IMG/VR virus record: IMGVR_UViG_3300022907_000005
Span: 1-64,000 of that record
Length of the DNA: 64,000 nucleotides
DNA from: a virus
Direction: 5' to 3' (one strand)
Positions 28,552 to 37,056 of this stretch are shown in pieces (the stretch's first letter is position 1; the number at the start of each line of letters is the position of its first letter). A program made the position numbers and the translations under genes. Below the pieces are notes generated by a model. It was given only the letters and a program-made list of their open reading frames with translations. It was not told the DNA's origin and searched no databases.

Positions 28552-29234
28552 GATCTAGGTGCAAACTCCTGTTGTAATTTGATGTTGTCGAAAAATTCTT
28601 TCTTTAGGTCTGGCTTTTTAAAGCCCCCTCTTAATACAGTTGTCTGTGTTAAGGAACTGTGTGCTTTAATACCTCTGTTCTCGCAACAACCATGCGTTGC
28701 TTGCACATACACCCCTACATGCTCTGCGCCTGAGTGTTCTTGTATCTCATTAGCGATCATAACATTGAGTTCTTCTTGTAATGTACCACGCATAGCACAC
28801 CACTGTGCGATCCGCGTGTACTTACTTAGACCTAAGAGCTTGTCACCCGCAATGATTCCTATGTATGCAACGCCTGAGACTGGCTGATGATGATGCGAAC
28901 AAATACTTTTCAATTCACTTCTGACAACCAGCATACCCTCATAACCGTCTTCTACATAATTGGGAAAACTGTTGGGGTCTGGCATTGGATAATATCTGCC
29001 ACTCATGATTTCATGCACATACATTTTAGCCATTCGCCTTGCTGTACCAATGCTATTAGGATCTTCTTCCGTGTCAATTATCAGAGATTGCAACACGCTT
29101 TCAAATTTATCTGAGACTTCATCGACTAGCAAGTCAAGTTCATCATCTTCAATAAATCCTGAGATGTTATCTGCCGCATAGTATCGAGAACCAGAACGTT
29201 CAATTCGATCTCTAATTGTTTGGCTTATGCTCAT
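28548..29234 (-). CDS. folE: GTP cyclohydrolase I
   Basis: SICSHHH, GLSKYTRI, LQEEL, HGCCENRG. Confidence 0.96.
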   Translation of the reverse strand: MSISQTIRDRIERSGSRYYAADNISGFIEDDELDLLVDEVSDKFESVLQSLIIDTEEDPNSIGTARRMAKMYVHEIMSGRYYPMPDPNSFPNYVEDGYEGMLVVRSELKSICSHHHQPVSGVAYIGIIAGDKLLGLSKYTRIAQWCAMRGTLQEELNVMIANEIQEHSGAEHVGVYVQATHGCCENRGIKAHSSLTQTTVLRGGFKKPDLKKEFFDNIKLQQEFAPRS

Positions 29235-29793
29235 TTGTTCTTTCCTTCACATCATCTAGTATTGAATATGCAATTTTTCTATGTCCTTCTGCATTAGGAT
29301 GCTGACATAGTTCCATATCATCTTCACATAATTCTTTCAAAGTGCCTGGTATAAAATTATCCCACTGTTCCATCTGAATTAACATGTGTTCAACAAATCC
29401 TGCATACATTATAGATGGAACTGAATTCTTTGTCAAGTAGTTTTCTGCCGATCTGATAGAAATTTCTGACATGTAATAGCAGATATCTAGTTCTCTTGGT
29501 TTGCGTACCCTAAGATTCGCTTTCTTGAATCTCAAACGTTCTGGGTCCCAGTCCCAATCTCTAGTATGTCCACTCCATGTTACAAGTGCAAATTGATCTT
29601 CTGTGAAATCGTGTGCTAATATCTGACTAGCGATTGCAGGATTTGAGTTTCCATCTATACCGTAATTTATTAGATCAAATCCCAACTCATTGGCGACATG
29701 CTCGACGAACGGTGTGACATAGTAACGATTGTTCGGGTCTGGTTTATTTAGACCTGAAGTGTAGCTGTCACCAAATGCTACTATTGTTCCCAT
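29212..29793 (-). CDS. SGNH/GDSL hydrolase-like protein
   Basis: FGDSYT, GIDGNSN, HPNAEGH. Confidence 0.75.
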   Translation of the reverse strand: MGTIVAFGDSYTSGLNKPDPNNRYYVTPFVEHVANELGFDLINYGIDGNSNPAIASQILAHDFTEDQFALVTWSGHTRDWDWDPERLRFKKANLRVRKPRELDICYYMSEISIRSAENYLTKNSVPSIMYAGFVEHMLIQMEQWDNFIPGTLKELCEDDMELCQHPNAEGHRKIAYSILDDVKERTNEHKPNN

Positions 29794-30173
29794 GGGAAAA
29801 CTACCCAGTCATCAGCCTCAAAATACTCTGCTCTATATTTTGCCATACTATCGCCTGTCTTGTCTATTAGAACGGCAAAATCGGTGTTCTTAAATACTTC
29901 AGATAATCCTCTTATTGTATCACCTGTGTCACAGATGTCATCTACAATCAAAGCCTTTTGGTAACTTTGCTGTGAGATGATGTGCATTGAGCCGTTACCA
30001 TCTCTTAATTGGTATTGAACAGTAGCCATTGGTACGCCTAGCAAGTGCGACAGTTGAACAGCAGGAACTAAACCGCCTCTTGTGACACCTATGATGATGT
30101 CGTAATTTTGATCTTGTACGCGGCGATATAGTTTATTGATCATCGCATCATACTGTTCCCATGTTATATGCAT
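29781..30173 (-). CDS. type I purine phosphoribosyltransferase (Gpt-like)
   Basis: GVTRGGLVPA, LIVDDICDTGDT PRPP loop, WVVFPWE. Confidence 0.9.
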   Translation of the reverse strand: MHITWEQYDAMINKLYRRVQDQNYDIIIGVTRGGLVPAVQLSHLLGVPMATVQYQLRDGNGSMHIISQQSYQKALIVDDICDTGDTIRGLSEVFKNTDFAVLIDKTGDSMAKYRAEYFEADDWVVFPWEQ

Positions 30174-31060
30174 TATGTACCTATCGCGTTGCCGAAAACG
30201 TAGCTATGATTTCTCGTAGCTACTTTATAACCACGACACATCGCTTCCATGCAGATGTCAGCAACTTCTTCTTGCTCTTCTTTTGTCGCACCTGCAGGCA
30301 TTATCCAAACTTCTGGGTGCGGAATCTCGTTTGAATCAGCCAGAGCATTTGTTTCTCTACACCAGTAATCAATCTCGTTCCAAGAATTCTCTGTGCCGTT
30401 ACACACAAATTTTATGATGCCTGTGCTTCGTGTTGCCTGTAAGTAATCGACGTAGATATCTGGCATAATTTTGTCTTTCTCGCCAGCAGTGAACAGCGTC
30501 TTAGGACTAATAGCCCAATGCCAACGTATTCCCATATCAGCAAGATATACGTTGATGAAATCTCGCAGTTCAGGATTCAATGGTTTTGTACCGTTTGTTT
30601 CTACGGTGATTATTTTAGGTGGGTTGCCGCGAATCAGAAACTCATTGACAATTGCCTTCATTTGTTTCTGTCGCAACATGGGTTCGCCACCTGTAAAAGC
30701 AAGCATATTTTCTTGACCAGTTACAGGATGCGTAAATTTGTTGAAAGGTAAACTTAATTCTATTCTGTCACAAACTTCTTCAACATCACAGTCTTGCGCC
30801 AAATGCTTATACTTCTTTGACCATGAGTAGGAGCTGTCACATCCATACTGCCATACAGGAAGATCTTCAACCTTTTTCACATTGATCAGGTCATAGTCTT
30901 TGTATGGCAATATCCATGTGCTTTCATCTTCAGGATTCTTTTGACCGAAGCCATTGCATTCTAAGTTGCAACCAAAGAATCGAAGCCATGCAGTAGGTGT
31001 GCCAGCTAGTTCTGCTTCACCTTGGAAGCTATAAAAAATCTCGGAGTATCTAATATTCAT
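30173..31060 (-). CDS. queE: 7-carboxy-7-deazaguanine synthase (radical SAM)
   Basis: EIFYSFQGE, RFFGCNLEC ... CDS, TGGEP, VETNGT, ISPK. Confidence 0.92.
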   Translation of the reverse strand: MNIRYSEIFYSFQGEAELAGTPTAWLRFFGCNLECNGFGQKNPEDESTWILPYKDYDLINVKKVEDLPVWQYGCDSSYSWSKKYKHLAQDCDVEEVCDRIELSLPFNKFTHPVTGQENMLAFTGGEPMLRQKQMKAIVNEFLIRGNPPKIITVETNGTKPLNPELRDFINVYLADMGIRWHWAISPKTLFTAGEKDKIMPDIYVDYLQATRSTGIIKFVCNGTENSWNEIDYWCRETNALADSNEIPHPEVWIMPAGATKEEQEEVADICMEAMCRGYKVATRNHSYVFGNAIGT

Positions 31061-31066
31061 ACGCGC

Positions 31067-31095
31067 ATTATACAAGTATTCAAATGTTATGTCAA
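31067..31095 (-). promoter_or_regulatory. consensus sigma70 promoter for the deazaguanine operon
   Basis: TTGACA-17-TATAAT, 6 nt before queE ATG. Confidence 0.85.
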
Positions 31096-31098
31096 GAA

Positions 31099-31686
31099 CT
31101 AATCAGCCAAATCTTTAAGTTGTTCGACCTTTTCTTTCGCTAACTTGAGTGCTTCAGCATCATCAAAGTATTTCGGTCTACGCTTAGCCAGCTTCTGATC
31201 CTTGTGTTTTTCATTTAGCATTGCAGCATCATCAGCTTGCTTGCGAATGAAATCCAGATATTCGGTGTTGCCCGATCCTTCTTCATCTGCAATCAGCCCT
31301 TCTATGTCAACACTCTTGATATATTTTTGCTTGATGTCTAGCTGTTTCTTTTCTTTCTGAATTCTACGCAGAAAAGCATAGTAGGTAATTTGCGTGAAAT
31401 ATGCAAACGGGTTCTTAGATTTTTCAGGATTGAAGTTGTCAATATAGGTGATGCAGTTTTCAATGCCATCCAGAATCATTTCATCTCGAAAGGTATAATT
31501 GACAAAATTGGATTTGTATGCCAAATGGTTTGCAATCTTGACCATGCATTCACCAAGATAATGGGTGACGCGAGGCTTCGGTTCGTCTGCTTCTTTTGCT
31601 GCCAACACCTTTTCTCGATACTCAGAAATTTGTTTTAGAAATTCCTTGTTATCGATATAGTGAGCAGTCTTTGTTTTTGTCTTCAC
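31099..31686 (-). CDS. 55: late-transcription sigma factor gp55
   Basis: HYIDNKEF, NFVNYTFRDEMILDGIEN, NPFAYFTQI, RRIQKEKKQ; GTG start. Confidence 0.96.
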   Translation of the reverse strand: MKTKTKTAHYIDNKEFLKQISEYREKVLAAKEADEPKPRVTHYLGECMVKIANHLAYKSNFVNYTFRDEMILDGIENCITYIDNFNPEKSKNPFAYFTQITYYAFLRRIQKEKKQLDIKQKYIKSVDIEGLIADEEGSGNTEYLDFIRKQADDAAMLNEKHKDQKLAKRRPKYFDDAEALKLAKEKVEQLKDLAD

Positions 31687-31720
31687 TTTAGGTCTCCATA
31701 ATAAAAATAAAAAATAACGC

Positions 31721-31749
31721 TTGACAACGTATTTAGTTTGCTGTATACT
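31721..31749 (+). promoter_or_regulatory. antisense-oriented sigma70 promoter
   Basis: TTGACA-17-TATACT with upstream A-tracts, pointing against the minus-strand operon. Confidence 0.7.
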
Positions 31750-31778
31750 TCGCTATGTTGCGATTGAAAGGAATAATA

Positions 31779-32153
31779 TCAATGTATCTTTGTTACACTA
31801 TCAGATGGGATAAGATTTGGTAGCTCATCTTCTAGCTCTCCCTCGTCATCTCCTCCCAAGTAAAAATGTTCAACTGTTGCCATATATTCTGACGCATACT
31901 CTGTTTTTAGTTCAGTAATATAAAGTATTACACTACTATTTATAGTGATTGAATCCGCGCTTGAGAGAGTTTGCCAAGGCTTCAAGTTAAATCTCTCACG
32001 CATGTCCTTCCCTGCTTCTTTGTATAATGTGATAACTTCAACAGGAAAAGTGAGATTGATAGTATCATTCAAATTTTGTGTATACGCATTATCAATCATA
32101 GCAATAACTATATCACCTGTTTTCAGTTTAAAAATTCTTATTGTATCACTCAT
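31779..32153 (-). CDS. conserved hypothetical protein (Sm-like) upstream of gene 55
   Basis: IFKLKTGDIVIA ... LKPW pattern. Confidence 0.75.
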   Translation of the reverse strand: MSDTIRIFKLKTGDIVIAMIDNAYTQNLNDTINLTFPVEVITLYKEAGKDMRERFNLKPWQTLSSADSITINSSVILYITELKTEYASEYMATVEHFYLGGDDEGELEDELPNLIPSDSVTKIH

Positions 32154-33046
32154 GCAAAAAGAGACTCCAATGTGTTAACTACATAATCTTTTGTGTATGG
32201 TCTTGTTATTCTCTTATCAAGATATATACCATATCGTCTTCCTACATATTTATACCACTGCCCGCGACTAGCAGGTAAGCCATAGATTCTACTAAAGATC
32301 TTATCACCTTTATCCATCTCTGCTTTACGAGTGTTTTGTGCTCCAGCGTGTGTACTAGGAGAGGTAAACTCTTTCAACATAATGTTTCTTAGAATGTAAG
32401 TGCCATAACCATTCATCGCACATTCAAGTGCAAAGAAATCATCTTCACCTACTACTAATTGTCCATCTACATAATCAAACTCTTCGTTGAACATAACCTT
32501 GGCATCATTTTTTCTTAGAAAGAACATCGTACCTTTCATAGAGCCAAACTTTCTATCAAAGCACAACTCATCGTCCCATTTAACATTGAGATAATTTTTA
32601 TCAAGATTGCTGTACTTGTCTTTGAATGCGCCGTCTCCCGGTCTACCGTCCCAGTGAGGGAAGAACAGATCAACACCCTCAAAATTCTCTGGGTATTCTG
32701 TGAGTACGTCACATATGTTGATACCTGTGTGTGAGAATTCTGCGTGTTCTTTTAGTATAGCATCGTTGTCCATAAACAACGCCCACTCATGTGTGCTATC
32801 TGCATAGAAAGCCTCAAGCAATACGTTTCTCGCTTTCCCAGGCGGTACCAAAGCATGCGGTAAATACTGAACGCCAGGTATATACTCATCTGCGTAATAG
32901 TCTTGTGCTAAAACTTTAATTTCCATATTAGGACAAGTCTTTCGCCAGAATTCAATTTGCTGTTTGTGATTTTCTACCCGGATGCTTCTCGCTTCTGGTT
33001 CATCCTTACTGCCAAAGTAAGATATGATGTATGCTTTCACGTTCAT
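32150..33046 (-). CDS. GT-A fold glycosyltransferase, possibly DNA-acting
   Basis: GKARN, FMDNDA (DxD), GEDDFFAL; C-terminal TLESLFA. Confidence 0.65.
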   Translation of the reverse strand: MNVKAYIISYFGSKDEPEARSIRVENHKQQIEFWRKTCPNMEIKVLAQDYYADEYIPGVQYLPHALVPPGKARNVLLEAFYADSTHEWALFMDNDAILKEHAEFSHTGINICDVLTEYPENFEGVDLFFPHWDGRPGDGAFKDKYSNLDKNYLNVKWDDELCFDRKFGSMKGTMFFLRKNDAKVMFNEEFDYVDGQLVVGEDDFFALECAMNGYGTYILRNIMLKEFTSPSTHAGAQNTRKAEMDKGDKIFSRIYGLPASRGQWYKYVGRRYGIYLDKRITRPYTKDYVVNTLESLFA

Positions 33047-34533
33047 TTCTTTTCCCCATAAACATCAAGATTTACTATCTTGTAGTCAAAACTTTCTTCG
33101 TTGTACAGCTTGATTCGTTCAATCATGTGGTTCAGTGTGTAGTTCTTCTTAGACTTCCAAGACAGATCATCGCCAACATCATATAGGTTGCATGTAGTTT
33201 TGTCGTCACCTTTCCTAAGCCCTCTACCAATAGACTGTAAGTTTCTTATTCGGGACTTGCTAGGTGATGCGAAGATAACATTGTGCAGGTTTCTTATGTT
33301 GATACCTGTAGAGAATGTACCATATGATGCAACAATTATAGCATCATTTGCTTTCTCTGTCAATGCTCTAATCTGCTCACGCTGATCAGTATCAGTGCCG
33401 CCGTATACGAAATACACGGGGCGACCATCAGATACTTTGCGTCTAATCATATCGTACAATATTGCGCCATGCTTTTCAACATACTGAAATAGTACGAGAG
33501 AGTTCCCTTTTTGTGTAGTTGCTAGATTTCTGAGAATCACATTTCTCTTGTCATTAGATACGAGATAATCCATCTCTTCTTGATATGACATTCCCTTGAC
33601 TTTTTTCCTTTCTTCGTCAGGGTATTGTAGGACGATGCAGTTCACTTTTAATTTAGCGATGCTACCTTCGTCCATGAGTTTTTTTGTGGTAGTGACATTT
33701 ATCACTGGTCCGAAGCAGCCTTCTAATACCAGTTTATGTGTCTTTGTTCCGTCAAGCGTACCAGTAGCACCGAAGCGATAAGGCGCATTCTCACATTTAT
33801 TCATAATGCTAGTTAGTGATTTTGCTTTAAATAAATGCGCCTCGTCTCCATATACAACATCAAATTTCTCAAACCATTTCTTTGGAAACTTGTATACAGA
33901 TTGCCACGTTGTTACTGTGATTGGAAATTCATTTGATTTTTCTTTACCACCGTATATACGATGGACATTTTCAGATGCTTGCCAATCTGTTTCTGATGCA
34001 TAGTCTTGAAAGTCCCCGTACATTTGCTCCACTAATGAAGTGGTCGGGACAACCAAGAGTTGCTTTTTTCCTAGGCGCTGATAATAACGAACCAGGGTAA
34101 AAAGAATGAGAGACTTACCACTGCTAGTGGGGCTAAGTAAGAGTTGGCGTCCTGAGCGAATTGCAGTAGACGCGGCTTCAATTTGATAATCACGGGCTTC
34201 AATTGGTTTGCCATTAGTGTGTAGATTTAACTCCTTTGTAAAGTTTTCGATATATGAATTTGATACCGGGTCGCCGATAACGTCGATATTTATACTTATG
34301 GTGTATTCTAGCTGCTTTGCGAATCCTTCTAGATATGATAGCAAGCCTACTGGTAATTCTTTCGCATAGATGTTAAACAGTCTAGCTTTGCCGTCCCACA
34401 TGCGTGACTTGTACGCTGGCATAAATCGTGCGCCTGGTACTTCAAAAGTAAAGAAGTCATTGATCTCTTGTAGAGTGCTAACATCGCAGTCTACAATCAA
34501 ATATACTTCATTCTTTTTAGTCACTGTTATCAT
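33043..34533 (-). CDS. uvsW: UvsW SF2 helicase
   Basis: SPTSSGKS, GDEAHLF, TGT, STGINI, LQSIGRGLR. Confidence 0.97.
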   Translation of the reverse strand: MITVTKKNEVYLIVDCDVSTLQEINDFFTFEVPGARFMPAYKSRMWDGKARLFNIYAKELPVGLLSYLEGFAKQLEYTISINIDVIGDPVSNSYIENFTKELNLHTNGKPIEARDYQIEAASTAIRSGRQLLLSPTSSGKSLILFTLVRYYQRLGKKQLLVVPTTSLVEQMYGDFQDYASETDWQASENVHRIYGGKEKSNEFPITVTTWQSVYKFPKKWFEKFDVVYGDEAHLFKAKSLTSIMNKCENAPYRFGATGTLDGTKTHKLVLEGCFGPVINVTTTKKLMDEGSIAKLKVNCIVLQYPDEERKKVKGMSYQEEMDYLVSNDKRNVILRNLATTQKGNSLVLFQYVEKHGAILYDMIRRKVSDGRPVYFVYGGTDTDQREQIRALTEKANDAIIVASYGTFSTGINIRNLHNVIFASPSKSRIRNLQSIGRGLRKGDDKTTCNLYDVGDDLSWKSKKNYTLNHMIERIKLYNEESFDYKIVNLDVYGEKK

Positions 34534-34976
34534 TACAAAAGTCCGTTAGTGAATTTAGTCCACTCTATACTGTTTTTGATGTCCCACGTTCTACTATTTA
34601 GATTGCGTAAAACTCGCTCTAAAAAATCACCGACAGTTGCAATGTACTCAACCTTGTTTGTTTGTTCAATCACATCATCATCTGAATCGAGCATTTCATT
34701 CATATCAGATTTTAGCGGCTTGGGTCCTAGCCATTGGTCCCATCCTAGTGCAACGAGTTCTTCTCTAGACAGTTCACCGCGAAAGTACGATGTCTTTACC
34801 TTGCGCAATTTGTATAGAGCAGCCTGTGATCTGCGCAAATGCAAACGCACATCTGACATGTGATTTAGGTATTTTGAGTGTAGCTCAGGCGTGCGTGTAG
34901 ACTCTTTGCCAAGTGATAGTTCATCAATCTTACAGTCTACAGCCCAAGAGTCTTGGAGTTCTTTCAATGTTATCAT
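34533..34976 (-). CDS. uvsY: UvsY recombination mediator
   Basis: LHSKYL, RTWDIKNSIEWTKF; synteny. Confidence 0.92.
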   Translation of the reverse strand: MITLKELQDSWAVDCKIDELSLGKESTRTPELHSKYLNHMSDVRLHLRRSQAALYKLRKVKTSYFRGELSREELVALGWDQWLGPKPLKSDMNEMLDSDDDVIEQTNKVEYIATVGDFLERVLRNLNSRTWDIKNSIEWTKFTNGLL

Positions 34977-34992
34977 AATAATCTCGAGGTCT

Positions 34993-35032
34993 TATTTATA
35001 CATATTATACCGCATTACGGTATAGAAGTCAA
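34993..35032 (-). promoter_or_regulatory. tandem sigma70 and late promoters for uvsY, with palindrome
   Basis: TTGACT-17-TATAAT (35004-35032), TATACCG-N5-CGGTATA (35006-35024), TATAAATA (34993-35000). Confidence 0.8.
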
Positions 35033-35035
35033 GTA

Positions 35036-35623
35036 CTATTTGACCGATTCTACTGTAAACAGTCGATATCTGAATGCTGCGACACCAACAAAGTAGTTTT
35101 GATCACCAGAGCTAATGTCGAAATCTAGACCTTCCAAGCTAATCGGGAAGCAGTCTACAAAAGAAATACGATTTGAAGGATTATTATTACTATCAAGAAC
35201 GAAAAGATCAGCATCACTGAACTGACCAAGGTCTTTAGCTCTTTGATTTTGATTCGGAAATCGGTATCGTTGTCCATCTATATACTTTGTAAATTGTTTA
35301 TGGTCTTCAGGAGAACCCAAGCCTATCATCCAGTCGTACAATTCTTTGTAATTAGCCATATCTTCTTGTACGAGGAATCTAATAACTAGCTCACCGAATC
35401 TCAGCTTGTCACCGGGAAACGCAAGAGTTGATAGTGGAGTCTCTACTTCAGGAGAACCAATAGACATCTGTGGCAAGTTAGCTGCCTGACAAAAGAAGGA
35501 TACATTTGGAATGTTGTGTATCTGAAACTTGAACCCAGTAGGTCTAAGAAAATCTAATTCATCTGGATTCGATGCGCCGGTATATCCTGCTTCTGCTACA
35601 TTTGTTATTGGATTGTATGCCAT
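35036..35623 (-). CDS. 3: tail tube terminator gp3-like
   Basis: FFCQAANLP, FLVQEDMANY, SDADL, DCFPISL; late promoter at 35645-35652. Confidence 0.85.
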   Translation of the reverse strand: MAYNPITNVAEAGYTGASNPDELDFLRPTGFKFQIHNIPNVSFFCQAANLPQMSIGSPEVETPLSTLAFPGDKLRFGELVIRFLVQEDMANYKELYDWMIGLGSPEDHKQFTKYIDGQRYRFPNQNQRAKDLGQFSDADLFVLDSNNNPSNRISFVDCFPISLEGLDFDISSGDQNYFVGVAAFRYRLFTVESVK

Positions 35624-35656
35624 GATAGCTCCTAGTTACTGTATTATTTATAAGGC

Positions 35657-35681
35657 AAAAAAAAGCGCACCGAAGTGCGCT
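35657..35681 (-). terminator. Rho-independent terminator after gene 23
   Basis: AGCGCAC-TTCG-GTGCGCT followed by a long T run. Confidence 0.92.
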
Positions 35682-35730
35682 CTTAAAATTGTCCTAAGGA
35701 AAATTAATTGTCCTTTACGGATTCTTTTTC

Positions 35731-37002
35731 TTACATCAAATTGGTTACCTTAACGGCTCGGTAATATTGATTACGATCAGCAGTGAACGTATCAGCATCA
35801 GTTGTGCCATTGGCTTGTGTTACGAACGGGTTAGCGATCATACCGTAGCGAGTCTTGAAGCCGATCTTTGGCTGGAATGTCGCTGGGTCGATTGCACGAA
35901 CCATCTGTAAAGGAACATATGGGCAGTAGAAAATACCTGCGTCATAAGCACTAGAACCTTTGTATCCTGCAACGTAGAACTGACTAGCAGCGCCTGTGTT
36001 AGCTGAATAAGGATCGATGAATACTTTGTAACGACCGTTCAATGTACCAGCAAATGTGTTGCCAGTGTCATCAACGTTTAAGTCTGTAGACAAAGCAGGA
36101 GTATAGTCAAGAACGCCTGACATAGCTAAAGCACTTGCAACGTCTGCTGAACAGATGATGAAGTTACCTTTTCCACGCCTTGTGTCTTGTGCGATTACGT
36201 TTGCATCACGCTCGATGTTGAACAACAAGCCTTTGAAACGCTCTACAGACCAACGACCGTTAGAGTCAACGTCCAAGTCGAAAGTACCAGGAGTTGCAGT
36301 AGATGCAGCACCAGGCTTAGCGACTTTGTAGATTGTGCGAATTACTTCGCGGTTAATTTCAGCAAGAATTTCTTGAGACAAGATGTTGCTCAACTCGCCT
36401 TCTGCGTCAAGACCGTGTACTGCTTTCAAGTCTTGTGCAAGTTCTACTGTGTACTCAGCTTTCAACGCGCGGGTCTTAGCAGTAACAGTTGTCTTTTCGA
36501 TGCTGAATGCCATCTCATTAAGAGTAACACTGTCACCGAAGTCCTCGCCAGTTGCTGTTGCAACGCCAGTACCTGTTGTGTAAGCACCATCTACTGGGTT
36601 AGAACCGTCATGAGCACCAGCGCCAGAGAAGTCAGTATCGGCTTCGTTGAACAGTGCTTCAGCGCCGGCCTGTGTGCCGTAGTGTGACTTCATAGCAAAG
36701 ATAAGACCAGTAGGTCCAGTCATTGGCTGAACGCCAGCGACATCATATGCCATAAGGTTAGGAAGTGCGCGTCTTACCAATGAGATAAGAATCGGATCGT
36801 AGTTGTCGATTCCGCCACCAGTTACGCTGTTGCTAGGTGCTGCTTCTGAAAACAGAGCTTGCTTTTCTTCACGAAGAGCTTTCTCTTGGTTTTCCAGAAT
36901 AACAGTAGTAACGGCGCGCTTGTGCGGGTCTTTAATGGCAGGCAAGTCAGCGTGTTCGAGGACAGGACTCCATTTCTGTTGTAATTGCTCTGAAAGATAC
37001 AT
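35731..37002 (-). CDS. 23: major capsid protein gp23
   Basis: GVQPMTGPTGLIFAM, ELAQDLKAVHGLDAE, FYCPYVPL, FQPKIGFKTRYG; TATAAATA at 37044-37051. Confidence 0.98.
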   Translation of the reverse strand: MYLSEQLQQKWSPVLEHADLPAIKDPHKRAVTTVILENQEKALREEKQALFSEAAPSNSVTGGGIDNYDPILISLVRRALPNLMAYDVAGVQPMTGPTGLIFAMKSHYGTQAGAEALFNEADTDFSGAGAHDGSNPVDGAYTTGTGVATATGEDFGDSVTLNEMAFSIEKTTVTAKTRALKAEYTVELAQDLKAVHGLDAEGELSNILSQEILAEINREVIRTIYKVAKPGAASTATPGTFDLDVDSNGRWSVERFKGLLFNIERDANVIAQDTRRGKGNFIICSADVASALAMSGVLDYTPALSTDLNVDDTGNTFAGTLNGRYKVFIDPYSANTGAASQFYVAGYKGSSAYDAGIFYCPYVPLQMVRAIDPATFQPKIGFKTRYGMIANPFVTQANGTTDADTFTADRNQYYRAVKVTNLM

Positions 37003-37056
37003 TTAAGTTTCTCCTTACTTGGTTGTGTATATAATATTATTACTATTTATAAAAAA

